Origin: Actinomycetes bacterium
Lineage (GTDB): Bacteria > Actinomycetota > Actinomycetes > S36-B12
Length of the DNA stretch: 64,000 nucleotides
NCBI GenBank assembly: GCA_965657825.1
Contig: CBFHQG010000002.1
Coordinates: forward strand, 2,290 to 66,289
Direction: 5' to 3'
The translations under genes were made by a program, and so were the position numbers. Shown here one piece after another: positions 17,555 through 26,110 of this stretch (positions within the stretch are counted from its first letter, which is position 1; each line of letters opens with the position of its first letter). Below the pieces are notes generated by a model, which had not been told where the DNA came from, ran no database searches, and saw only the letters and a program-made list of their open reading frames with translations.

Positions 17555-18729
17555 GTGACCCGATCAAGGCTCTGGTGGCTGCGCGCGAGCATGAACTGCG
17601 TGCACTGCGGCGGCGACTCCACGCGCACCCGGAACTGTCCTGGCAGGAGACTGCGACGACGGAGACGCTCCTCGAACGGCTACGCGTATCCGGACTCGAT
17701 CCGATCGTGCTCAATCGTGGAACCGGTCTGGTCTGCGATATCGGCGATACCTCCAGCGGCTCAGTGGTGGCACTGCGCGCCGACATCGATGCGCTCGCGA
17801 TGGCGGACATGACTGAGAGCGAGTACCGCTCACGGGTACCCGGAGTCGCGCACGCATGCGGCCACGATGTGCACACGGCGGTGGTGCTCGGCGCCGGTCT
17901 CGTGCTGCAGGCGCTCGTCGAACGCGGTGAGATCGCGGCAGGCGTTCGTTTGATCTTCGAACCAGCCGAGGAATCTATGCCGGGGGGTGCTTTGGATGTC
18001 ATCGAGGAGGGGTGGCTGGAGGACGTCTCGTTGATGTTCGGCGTGCACTGTGATCCTCGATTGGATGTCGGGCAGATCGGACTGCGGACCGGGCCGATCA
18101 CCGCGGCGAGCGACATCATGGAGATCGAACTCTCCGGACCGGGTGGCCACACAGCCCGCCCGCACCTCACTGTCGACCTGACGCGGGTGATGGGTCGGGT
18201 GCTCACTGAACTACCCGATGCGATCGTGACGGCTGCTGACTCACCCGAGCAGGTGACCGTCGTGTTCGGTTCCGCTCATGGTGGGGATGCCGCAAACGTG
18301 ATCCCAGCGCGTGCGGTGTTGCGCGGGTCGGTCCGCACAGCAGACGTCGACACCTGGGATCGCATCGGGAAGATCGTCGAGACCGAACTCGCCGCGATCC
18401 TCAGCGAATCGGGGGCAACGTGGCAGATCACCTATCGCCGCGGAGTGCCCCCGGTGCACAACGATGCAGCGGCGACCGCCATCGTCGATCAAGCGGCGAT
18501 CGAAGTGGTGGGCACAGCGGGGGTTGTGGAGAACCCGCGATCCATGGGGGGCGACACCTTCGCGTGGTACGCCCAGCGGGTGCCGGCGAGCTACGCCCGA
18601 CTCGGCACGCACTCCGGTGATGGCCCACGACGGGATCTGCACGCGTCGACCTTCGATGTGGACGAGCGGGCGATTGGTATCGGTGTGGAGTTGCTCGTGC
18701 GCGCTGCCCTTGTGGCGGGACGCACCTAG
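17551..18729 (+). CDS. M20-family amidohydrolase (N-acyl-amino-acid amidohydrolase/hippuricase-like)
   Basis: LRRRLHAHPELSWQE, HACGHD, FEPAEE motifs. The start overlaps the upstream stop. Confidence 0.8.
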   Translation: MSDPIKALVAAREHELRALRRRLHAHPELSWQETATTETLLERLRVSGLDPIVLNRGTGLVCDIGDTSSGSVVALRADIDALAMADMTESEYRSRVPGVAHACGHDVHTAVVLGAGLVLQALVERGEIAAGVRLIFEPAEESMPGGALDVIEEGWLEDVSLMFGVHCDPRLDVGQIGLRTGPITAASDIMEIELSGPGGHTARPHLTVDLTRVMGRVLTELPDAIVTAADSPEQVTVVFGSAHGGDAANVIPARAVLRGSVRTADVDTWDRIGKIVETELAAILSESGATWQITYRRGVPPVHNDAAATAIVDQAAIEVVGTAGVVENPRSMGGDTFAWYAQRVPASYARLGTHSGDGPRRDLHASTFDVDERAIGIGVELLVRAALVAGRT

Positions 18730-19421
18730 TCGGTGAGGGGTTGCTGTCGGTAGGTGCCCGACATCGATTCCACCGCGAAGCGGGCGAAGAGTTCCTCGGC
18801 GTACCAGTCGAGTTCGCGGGTCTGCTCGATCGCGCGACGGTGCGCCGGTCGCCGGTAGGCGAAGGCCGACATGTCCCGCCCGGAGCGCCAGATGCTGAAC
18901 GTGCCCTGCAGCCCCACAGGTGCCTCTCCGATGCCCAGGGTGAAACGCACCGCGGGATCTTCGCTGAGGTCCTCGACGACCGGAGGCACCGCACGCCAGA
19001 ACGTAGCGAGCATGCGGGATTTGAGTCGAGCCCGGGTAATGGAAGCGACCGGCTGATCGGGATCGGGTTTGACCGGTGCGACCGAGCCATCGAAGGGCCG
19101 TACGCCCGACCACGTGCCTTGGCTAGCGATGGGTCGCATGCGGATATGGGCACTCTCGTAGGCCACGCGTTGCCACTGAAGAAAGGGCCGTGAGGTCAGA
19201 AAACCGCGGCGTCCTTCGTCGTCGCCGACCACCGTGAGGATCGCCCAGTGATCGGGATCGGCATCGCGCATCGTGAACGTCTCACCCGATCCGGTGCCCA
19301 GCAGTTTGGCGAAACCCACCCCCGGTAGTCGGCGGATGGCGCGCCGGTGGGCGGCCATGAAGGCGAGCGCGCTCGCGCGGTGCCGACCGCGGACGCCGAA
19401 CACATCGAGCCAGACCTGCAT
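18726..19421 (-). CDS. Spheroidene-monooxygenase (CrtA)-like family protein
   Basis: Only the last 231 codons of the 626-aa track ORF were kept (MQVWLDVFGVRG...LPGVGFAKLLGTGSG...). The upstream part is antisense to the MpaB-like gene. The start was set by frame arithmetic. Confidence 0.55.
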   Translation of the reverse strand: MQVWLDVFGVRGRHRASALAFMAAHRRAIRRLPGVGFAKLLGTGSGETFTMRDADPDHWAILTVVGDDEGRRGFLTSRPFLQWQRVAYESAHIRMRPIASQGTWSGVRPFDGSVAPVKPDPDQPVASITRARLKSRMLATFWRAVPPVVEDLSEDPAVRFTLGIGEAPVGLQGTFSIWRSGRDMSAFAYRRPAHRRAIEQTRELDWYAEELFARFAVESMSGTYRQQPLTD

Positions 19422-19460
19422 GGTGCAACAAGAGTGCCACGGTGAGCAGGAGGTCGGCGG

Positions 19461-20408
19461 GTGGGGCAGGATGGCGGGGTGGCTTCCATGTTCAGCGTGC
19501 TCTCGCCGGATCGGTTCGTCGACTCGGCGGCCGATGCGATCGCGCGTGGATTCCGTCGGATGGTGTCGGGCGACCCGGACGGCCAGCCCGACTGGGTCGC
19601 ACAACTCGAGCACGGCAGCGATCCGGGGTACTTCGGCCCGGGATCGGCCACGTGGGCGGTGCACGGATCGCTCCCGACCCTGGTCGGTGGGGTGCGGGCG
19701 CTGCTCATGCAGGCCTTGCACCCGGCCGCGCTCGCCGGTGTCGCCGAGCATTCCCGGTACGAGGATGACGCCCTCGGCCGGCTGGCGGGAACGACGCAGT
19801 GGCTGACCGTCGTCACCTTCGGTGATACCGCCCAGGCCGATCGAGAATGCGCGCGCGTGCGTGGACTGCACCGCAAGGTCCGAGGTACCTATCCCGGCAC
19901 TGATGGGCGACAGCTGCCCTACAGCGCTTCGGATTCTGATCTGCTGCGATGGGTGCACGTGGCCTTCACCGATTCCTTCCTCGCCACCCATCTGGTGTGG
20001 GGTCAGCCCATCCCGGGGGGTGCGGATGAGTACGTCCGTGAGTGGGCGAAAGCTGGCGAACTCGTCGGGGTCGAGGACCCACCACGGTCGGTGGCTGAAC
20101 TGCGCGAGCAGCTGCGCGGCTTCGAACCGATCCTGCGCGGAGATGCGGCCTCGGAGCGGACTGTGAAGTTCATCCGCAACCCGCCGCTTCCGCTGCCGGC
20201 CCGCCCGCCCTACGCCGTGCTGTTCGCCGGTGCCGTGGCGACGTTGCCGGCCGACTACCGAGCGATCCTGAGACTCCCGCGGGTGCCGATGCCCATCGCG
20301 CGACCGGCGGTGGCAGCGATGCTCGGCACGATGTCGGCGGTGCTGGGGCGCCAGTCGCCATCTCAACGCAACGCGCGCCGCCGAATCTCCACCCTCGACG
20401 CCGCCTGA
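19461..20408 (+). CDS. MpaB-family oxygenase (DUF2236)
   Basis: GPGSATWAVHGSLPTLVGGVRALLMQALHPAALAGVAEHSRY is the DUF2236 core. The start could instead be the ATG 27 nt downstream. Confidence 0.7.
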   Translation: MGQDGGVASMFSVLSPDRFVDSAADAIARGFRRMVSGDPDGQPDWVAQLEHGSDPGYFGPGSATWAVHGSLPTLVGGVRALLMQALHPAALAGVAEHSRYEDDALGRLAGTTQWLTVVTFGDTAQADRECARVRGLHRKVRGTYPGTDGRQLPYSASDSDLLRWVHVAFTDSFLATHLVWGQPIPGGADEYVREWAKAGELVGVEDPPRSVAELREQLRGFEPILRGDAASERTVKFIRNPPLPLPARPPYAVLFAGAVATLPADYRAILRLPRVPMPIARPAVAAMLGTMSAVLGRQSPSQRNARRRISTLDAA

Positions 20409-20483
20409 ACCCAAATCCGCAACGATTGGAATGTTGTCGCCCCTAAGGAGTTGCGGATTTCGGCTTACTGTCAGGATGTCGGG

Positions 20484-22517
20484 GTGACTGGGGCACCCGT
20501 GTGGCAGCCGGACCCCGCTCGGCTCGCCGACACGCGGATGGACACCTTCCGTCGGTACGTCATCGAGCGCACCGGGCGGGAACTTTCTGACTCTGCAGCG
20601 CTGCACACCTGGTCGGTCGAGCAGCCGGGGGAGTTCTGGGATGCGGTGTGGGACTTCTTCGGAGTCGTAGGCGAGAAGGGCGGCATCGTCACCGAGCCAG
20701 CCACGCTTCCGGAGGCTGTCTTCTTCCCCGAGGCTCGGTTGAACCTCGCCGAGAACATCCTGCGCGAGATCCCCGAGCGTGATGCCCCTGGATTTCCACT
20801 CGTGGTGTTCACCTCGGAATCCGGTGGCGACCTGACCGTCACAGCCGAGCTCACCCGGGATCTCCTGCTGGATGAGGTGGCGAGCACCGCTGCCGCACTG
20901 CGAGATCGAGGGGTGCGCGCGGGTGATCGCATCGCCATCGTGCTTCCTGTCTCGCAGGCTGCCTATGTCGTCACCCTTGCAGCGTTATCCATCGGGGCCG
21001 TCGTGTCGAGCGCGGCGCCGGAGTTCGGTGTCCCGGCGATCGTCGATCGCTTCGGACAACTCGATCCGGTCCTGCTCGTGGCTACAACCTCCTACCACTG
21101 GGCGGGTAAGCGGTTCGATCGGCGTGATCACCTCGTCGAACTTGCTCGTGCACTCCCCACGTTGCGGTCGGTGCTCGTCGTCCCCGGCAGCGACGACCTG
21201 TCATCACCCGTTGACCCTGACGTGCTCGATGTCACCAAGATCGCCGCACTCATCGCCGCCGGATCGGGCCGTGCGCTGCGGGTCGACTCCCTTGCGGCGG
21301 CTCAGGCGGCCCATGAGGGTGCACCGATGGAGTTCGAGCGACTCCCACTGGATCATCCGGCGTACGTGCTGTTCTCCTCGGGGACGACAGGCAAGCCGAA
21401 GTGCCTGATCCACCGACAGGGTGGGGTGCTGATCAAGCACCTCGTGGAGGCGGGACTTCATGGCGATGCTGGCCCGGGCGATCGCTTCTGCTTCTACACG
21501 ACCACCGGGTGGATGATGTGGAATTGGGCGATCACGATCCCCGCGACTGGTGCCACCGTGGTCCTCCACGATGGAGCGCCGCATTTCCCCGATGTCGATG
21601 GCATGTTCACCCTCGCCGACCGGGCGCAACTGACCCACCTGGGGCTGGGTGCCCGACTGCTGGACTCCATGCGCACCGCAGGCAAAGTGCTCACCGACGA
21701 CCGGGACCTGTCGGCGCTTCGGATGGTGCTCGTCACCGGCTCACCGCTGACCGAGAGCACTGCGCGTTGGATGACCGCCCAACTCGGGCCCGAGGTGATG
21801 CCCAACCCGATATCCGGAGGCACTGACCTCGTCGGCTGCTTCATCGGCGGGGATCCGACTCGGCCGGTGTGGGCCGGTGAGATCCCCGCAGCCGCACTCG
21901 GCATGGATGTCGACGTCTTCGATGAGGATGGCCGGCCGATGACCGATGACACCGCCGGGGAATTGGTGTGCCGCAACACCTTCCCGACGGTTCCACTGGG
22001 AATCTGGGGGGATGAGTCGGGAGAGCGGCTGCATTCGACGTACTTTGAACGGTTCCCGGGTGTGTGGACCCACGGTGACCTGACATCGAGGACCGAGCAC
22101 GGGGGGTTCGTGATCCATGGCCGCAGTGACGCCACCTTGAACGTCGCAGGTGTGCGGATCGGCACGGGTGAGATCTATTCCGCGCTCGAGCACGTGCCTG
22201 AGATCGTGGACTCGCTGGTGTTCGCCCAGTCCTGGGATGACGACACGCGGATGATCCTTCTGGTCGTGTTGGCTCCCGGTGCGTCCCTCGATGACGAACT
22301 CGTCAGACTCATCCGCTCGACCTTGAAGGAACGCTGCTCACCGCGGCACATACCAGGCCTCATCCTGGCGGTGGAGGCACTGCCCCGGACGTTGACCGGC
22401 AAGCTGGCCGAGATCGCGGTGGCCGACACTGTGGCGGGGCGTCCGGTGCGCAATCGTGATGCGCTGGCCAATCCCGAGGCTCTCGACGCTATCGCTGAGG
22501 CCGTTGCCCGGGCCTGA
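20484..22517 (+). CDS. Acetoacetate-CoA ligase (acetoacetyl-CoA synthetase)
   Basis: PVWQPDPARLADTRMDTFRRY N-terminus, AMP-binding motif YVLFSSGTTGKPK, C-terminal PRTLTGK. Start ambiguous: in-frame TTG at 20451 or GTG at 20484. Confidence 0.85.
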   Translation: MTGAPVWQPDPARLADTRMDTFRRYVIERTGRELSDSAALHTWSVEQPGEFWDAVWDFFGVVGEKGGIVTEPATLPEAVFFPEARLNLAENILREIPERDAPGFPLVVFTSESGGDLTVTAELTRDLLLDEVASTAAALRDRGVRAGDRIAIVLPVSQAAYVVTLAALSIGAVVSSAAPEFGVPAIVDRFGQLDPVLLVATTSYHWAGKRFDRRDHLVELARALPTLRSVLVVPGSDDLSSPVDPDVLDVTKIAALIAAGSGRALRVDSLAAAQAAHEGAPMEFERLPLDHPAYVLFSSGTTGKPKCLIHRQGGVLIKHLVEAGLHGDAGPGDRFCFYTTTGWMMWNWAITIPATGATVVLHDGAPHFPDVDGMFTLADRAQLTHLGLGARLLDSMRTAGKVLTDDRDLSALRMVLVTGSPLTESTARWMTAQLGPEVMPNPISGGTDLVGCFIGGDPTRPVWAGEIPAAALGMDVDVFDEDGRPMTDDTAGELVCRNTFPTVPLGIWGDESGERLHSTYFERFPGVWTHGDLTSRTEHGGFVIHGRSDATLNVAGVRIGTGEIYSALEHVPEIVDSLVFAQSWDDDTRMILLVVLAPGASLDDELVRLIRSTLKERCSPRHIPGLILAVEALPRTLTGKLAEIAVADTVAGRPVRNRDALANPEALDAIAEAVARA

Positions 22518-22524
22518 TCACCGG

Positions 22525-22584
22525 GTTTGCGCGGGAAATCAGCAATTTCAACCGGGTAAAATCCGTTGTTTCCTTCGCAAACTC
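22525..22584. repeat. Left arm of a 60-nt imperfect inverted repeat flanking the DUF559 gene
   Basis: Its reverse complement aligns ungapped with 23665-23724 at 45/60 positions (manual count), including a 13-nt identical core tttgcgaaggaaa. GC is lower than the surroundings. Confidence 0.7.
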
Positions 22585-23590
22585 AACTGTTCACCCGGGC
22601 CAAGGCCCGAAGGATCCGTTCGATGACACGGTGCGGTTCGTGAGTGATCTCAGCCCACGTCCAGCGAATGATGATGAATCCAGCCTGCTCGAGGTCATCT
22701 TGGCGCCGCTTCTCTCTCCATAGGTCGGCGGGGTCGCGATACTTCAGTGCACCGTCTGCTTCGCCAAGAACTCTGCCCCACCTGAAGTCGGCTCGATACC
22801 CTCGTCCGCTTGCCCCGCGAACTAGCGCTTGAGGTTGGGCAGGAGGGAGTCGTCTTCGCTGGAATTCGATCCAGGACTTGGCTTCCAAAGCCGATTCCAG
22901 CCGCGGGTCGATGATCCCCGCCCATTGTTTGACACGGACGATTCCACGGCCGTGGTGGTCATCGAGGACCCGAGAGAGTCGATGCTGCAACATCTGGTGT
23001 TCCGTCTCACGACCGAGTGCGTCTAAGAGTTGGTAGGTGGTGAGTCGCATGTGCGGTGACCGAGTCCGAAGCCATTCGTATTCCCGCCGCAACCCCTGAC
23101 TTAGGATCCAGGTAATCAGCCCTGGTGATGTCACTTCACAGGCGATGTCGACCGCCGTCCTGAACGGCGAGGTGAAGTCGGTGTCGCCCACATGGACTCG
23201 ACACTCGTCGTCGATTCGGCCCTCACGAATGATGACTCTGCCCCTGTTGCCGCGCCTGACCGGCGATCCGACCGGCACCCAGATCAATGATCGCGCCGAC
23301 GCGGCTTCAATACCCCAGACTGATGCGGCGACAACTCCACCGATGATCGGGGTCACACCATGTTGCTCCACGAATGTGCAGGCCTCGTTCGTCGCGGCTT
23401 GAACGGCGACGGCAGGATCAAGGCAGTAGGTGTCCCTATGTATGCGAGTGATCATGCCCCGCTCGGCTAGGTAAAGCAGTTGCCGGCGGCCGATACCCAC
23501 CAATCGGGACTGAGCTCCGGTAAAGGATGCCGAGCCGAAGGCGGTGTGGAGGTCGGCGAGGGCCCGAGTTGTGGGACCGTAGTTCGCCAT
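22583..23590 (-). CDS. AbiEi-like wHTH N-terminal domain + DUF559 (Vsr/endonuclease-like) C-terminal domain protein
   Basis: N-terminus GIGRRQLLYLAERGMITRIHRDTYCL (AbiEi-type antitoxin-like HTH). C-terminus YRADFRWGRVLGEADGALKY...DDLEQAGFIIIRWTW (DUF559 signature). Confidence 0.7.
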   Translation of the reverse strand: MANYGPTTRALADLHTAFGSASFTGAQSRLVGIGRRQLLYLAERGMITRIHRDTYCLDPAVAVQAATNEACTFVEQHGVTPIIGGVVAASVWGIEAASARSLIWVPVGSPVRRGNRGRVIIREGRIDDECRVHVGDTDFTSPFRTAVDIACEVTSPGLITWILSQGLRREYEWLRTRSPHMRLTTYQLLDALGRETEHQMLQHRLSRVLDDHHGRGIVRVKQWAGIIDPRLESALEAKSWIEFQRRRLPPAQPQALVRGASGRGYRADFRWGRVLGEADGALKYRDPADLWREKRRQDDLEQAGFIIIRWTWAEITHEPHRVIERILRALARVNS

Positions 23591-23664
23591 ACATCGAACA
23601 ATTACGGGGAATCACCAGACGACGCGAGTGGCGCATGAGTTGCTGTGGATTGAATTGGCATCGT

Positions 23665-23724
23665 GACTTTGCGAAGGAAATCCCGAAATTCAGCCGGCTG
23701 AAATTAGTACTTTCGTGCGCAAAC
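23665..23724. repeat. Right arm of the 60-nt imperfect inverted repeat
   Basis: gactttgcgaaggaaatcccgaaattcagccggctgaaattagtactttcgtgcgcaaac. Contains an internal 14-nt palindrome ttcagccggctgaa. Confidence 0.7.
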
Positions 23725-23731
23725 TGCTGGA

Positions 23732-25084
23732 TTAGCGGCGGGTGAGGCCGGAAATCGCCGCTGCCGCAGCCCCGACCGCGGCGCCGAGTGCACCGGCGGC
23801 CACTGCTCCAGCCGTCAAGCGCTGGGCCCGCACCCGCGGCTCGATCTCGGCATACGGGGTAGTAGAGAACGACACCATGTCGTAGCGGGTGCGGTAGCGC
23901 TCCCCGAAGGCCCGATTCAAGGACTGCTCCACCGAGTGCAGCACTCGGTATCCGGGTGAGTTGACCGAGTCACGCATCTCGATGAAGTTGTGCAGCGCGA
24001 GATCGGCGATCGCATCTCCCTGCGGCTTGCGGATCGCAGCGTAGTCGGCCAACGCGGCTGCCCAATCGTCACCGTGCACGTCGAGTTGGCGCAGTAGCTC
24101 CACGCAATCCTCGAAGCCGGCATTGGCACCCTGCCCGTAGAACGGGCAGATGGCATGGGCGGCATCACCGATCAGCGCGACGCGACCGATGTTCCACGGC
24201 GCGCACCTGACGGTCAGCAGAGAACCGATCGGGTTCAGTCGGTAGTCCTCCTCGAGGTCGGGCATGAGGGTGGAGGCATCCGGGTAGTTGTCGTCGAAGT
24301 AGCGACGAGCCTTCTCTGGGGTATCGATCTCGTCGAAGGATCCGGGGCCCTTGCGGGGCCAGAACAGCGTCGCGGTGAACGAACGATCGAGGTTGGGCAG
24401 TGCGATCATCATCGACGCCCCGCGCGGCCAGATGTGCAGCGCTGCGGGATCGAGAGCGAAGTCACCATCGACCGGCGGGATGGTCAACTCCCGGTAGGAA
24501 TGGGACAGGTAGTCCTGGGAATAGTCGAAGCCGTCACGGGATTGCATTGCTCGTCGCACGACGCTGAAGGCGCCATCGGAGCCGATGACTGCGTCGGCGG
24601 AGACATCGACCGGACCATCCGGGCCGATGAACGACAGGGCGTTCGTGTCCAGATCCAGTGCGCTCAGGCGATGCTCGAAGTGCATGCTGACCGAGGGCAA
24701 CGATTCGGCGGCATCGAGGAGGACGGCATTCAATTCGCCACGGCTGATCGAGTTGATGCCACGCTCGCCGTCAGCGCTATACGGCTGGAACGCCTCGTCG
24801 CCCTCGACCGTGTGGATCATCCGCCCGGTCATCAGCAAGCCGCGGGAGAGGACCTCGCTTTCCAGGCCGACCTCGCGCAGGGCGGTGAGGCCGCGGGTGG
24901 AGATCGCCAGGTTGATACTGCGTCCGCGCTCAGCACCGCTGACTCGCGGATCCGGACGCCGCTCGTAGACATCGACGGTGTAGCCGCGCCGCCCGAGCAT
25001 GGTGGCGAGCAGTGCCCCGGTCAAACCGGCGCCGACGATGGTGACACTGCCCGTGACACTGCTGCCCGTGACACTGCTGTTCAT
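23732..25084 (-). CDS. kmo: Kynurenine 3-monooxygenase (FAD-dependent)
   Basis: VTIVGAGLTGALLATMLGRRGYTVDVYERRPDPR dinucleotide fold, GDAAH motif, Ala-rich hydrophobic C-terminal tail. Sits in an operon with 3-HAO and ACMSD. Confidence 0.85.
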   Translation of the reverse strand: MNSSVTGSSVTGSVTIVGAGLTGALLATMLGRRGYTVDVYERRPDPRVSGAERGRSINLAISTRGLTALREVGLESEVLSRGLLMTGRMIHTVEGDEAFQPYSADGERGINSISRGELNAVLLDAAESLPSVSMHFEHRLSALDLDTNALSFIGPDGPVDVSADAVIGSDGAFSVVRRAMQSRDGFDYSQDYLSHSYRELTIPPVDGDFALDPAALHIWPRGASMMIALPNLDRSFTATLFWPRKGPGSFDEIDTPEKARRYFDDNYPDASTLMPDLEEDYRLNPIGSLLTVRCAPWNIGRVALIGDAAHAICPFYGQGANAGFEDCVELLRQLDVHGDDWAAALADYAAIRKPQGDAIADLALHNFIEMRDSVNSPGYRVLHSVEQSLNRAFGERYRTRYDMVSFSTTPYAEIEPRVRAQRLTAGAVAAGALGAAVGAAAAAISGLTRR

Positions 25085-26109
25085 GCGCGTGCCTCCTGTC
25101 GAGTTGCCGTCACCGTCGCACCGAGCCAGCGCGAGGCGTTGCCACCGAGGATGGCCTCGCGCTGGTCCTCGGAGAGGAAATCAGACTCCCGAACGACACG
25201 ACCGGCGGGTCGTTCGCCCAGCGGGTATGGGAAGTCCGAGCCCATCATCACGCGTTCGGGGCCCATCGTCTCGACGAGAAGCCGCAGAGATCGCTCATCG
25301 AACACGACTGAATCGACACTGAAGCGGTCGATATAGGAGGAGGGGGGGCGCTGGGAGACTCCGACGAGGTCGTGGCGTTGGTGCCACGCATTGTCCATCC
25401 GGCCCAGCCACATGGCGAATGACCCACCACCGTGTGCGAAGCAGATGCGTAGGTCAGAGGAGACCCGATCGAAGACGCCACCGAGGATCATCGCGAGCAC
25501 CGACAGATGCGTCTCGGCTGGCATCCCGACCAGCCACTGTGCCATCCATCGGGAGGTACGGGTGGTGACGGGCATATCCCATGGATGAACGAAGACTGGG
25601 GCGCCGACTGCCGCGCAGTGCTGCAGGAACTCGACGACGCCAGGATCGTCGAGATCGCGATCACCGACGTGGTTACCGATCTCGACCCCGGCGTGCCCGT
25701 TGGCCAGGCAGCGGTCGAGTTCGCGGCAGGCTGCTTCCGGATCGGCGAGGGGGACCTGACAGAAAGGAATCAGTCGGTCGGGCGCCTCGGAACACATCTG
25801 CAGCGCGAGGTCATTGAAGATCGCCGCGACCCGCGATGACTCGGTGGTGTTGCGGTGATAGGAGAAGAACACCGGGGTGGGTGACACCACCTGGACGTCG
25901 ACGCCATCGGCATCCATCTCTGCGATGCGCGCGGAGGCGCTCCAGCAGCGCTCGTCGATGGCGCGGAACTCCTCATCACCCAGCATGATCATCGCGTCGC
26001 GTTCGCTGGTGACTCGCAGCCACGGCCACGGCCCAGCACCGCCGGTCTCGGTCTGTAGATCGGGCCAACCGCACGGGACGTTGTGCGAGTGGATATCGAT
26101 GACGCGCAT
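25081..26109 (-). CDS. Amidohydrolase-2 family: 2-amino-3-carboxymuconate-6-semialdehyde decarboxylase-like
   Basis: Trimmed to MRVIDIHSHNVP (metal-binding HxH) at the in-frame ATG 26109. FVHPWD and CFAHGGG motifs. Context next to 3-HAO and KMO. Confidence 0.75.
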   Translation of the reverse strand: MRVIDIHSHNVPCGWPDLQTETGGAGPWPWLRVTSERDAMIMLGDEEFRAIDERCWSASARIAEMDADGVDVQVVSPTPVFFSYHRNTTESSRVAAIFNDLALQMCSEAPDRLIPFCQVPLADPEAACRELDRCLANGHAGVEIGNHVGDRDLDDPGVVEFLQHCAAVGAPVFVHPWDMPVTTRTSRWMAQWLVGMPAETHLSVLAMILGGVFDRVSSDLRICFAHGGGSFAMWLGRMDNAWHQRHDLVGVSQRPPSSYIDRFSVDSVVFDERSLRLLVETMGPERVMMGSDFPYPLGERPAGRVVRESDFLSEDQREAILGGNASRWLGATVTATRQEARA

Positions 26110-26110
26110 G

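Larger units (their letters stand above)
22525..23724 (-). mobile_element. Candidate IR-bounded 1.2-kb cassette carrying one DUF559/AbiEi-type gene (no transposase)
   Basis: 60-nt inverted arms at both ends. Sampled 60-nt windows of the internal gene gave 55% and 65% GC versus ~67% in a typical flanking window (a modest dip, not a clear one). It lies exactly between two convergent housekeeping genes. Confidence 0.3.

Noticed and set aside
19422-20606. N-terminal 395 residues of the 626-aa minus-strand ORF 18726..20606
   Set aside because: It is antisense to the MpaB-like gene (DUF2236 motifs on +) with low-complexity Arg-rich translation. Only the CrtA-like C-terminal 231 codons look real. 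My manual base count placed the ATG one nt off frame, so the coordinate was fixed by frame arithmetic using the ORF track.
22583-23590. AbiEi/AbiEii type IV toxin-antitoxin system
   Set aside because: Only the AbiEi-like HTH region fused to DUF559 is present. No AbiEii nucleotidyltransferase toxin gene is adjacent, so this is not a complete TA or abortive-infection module.
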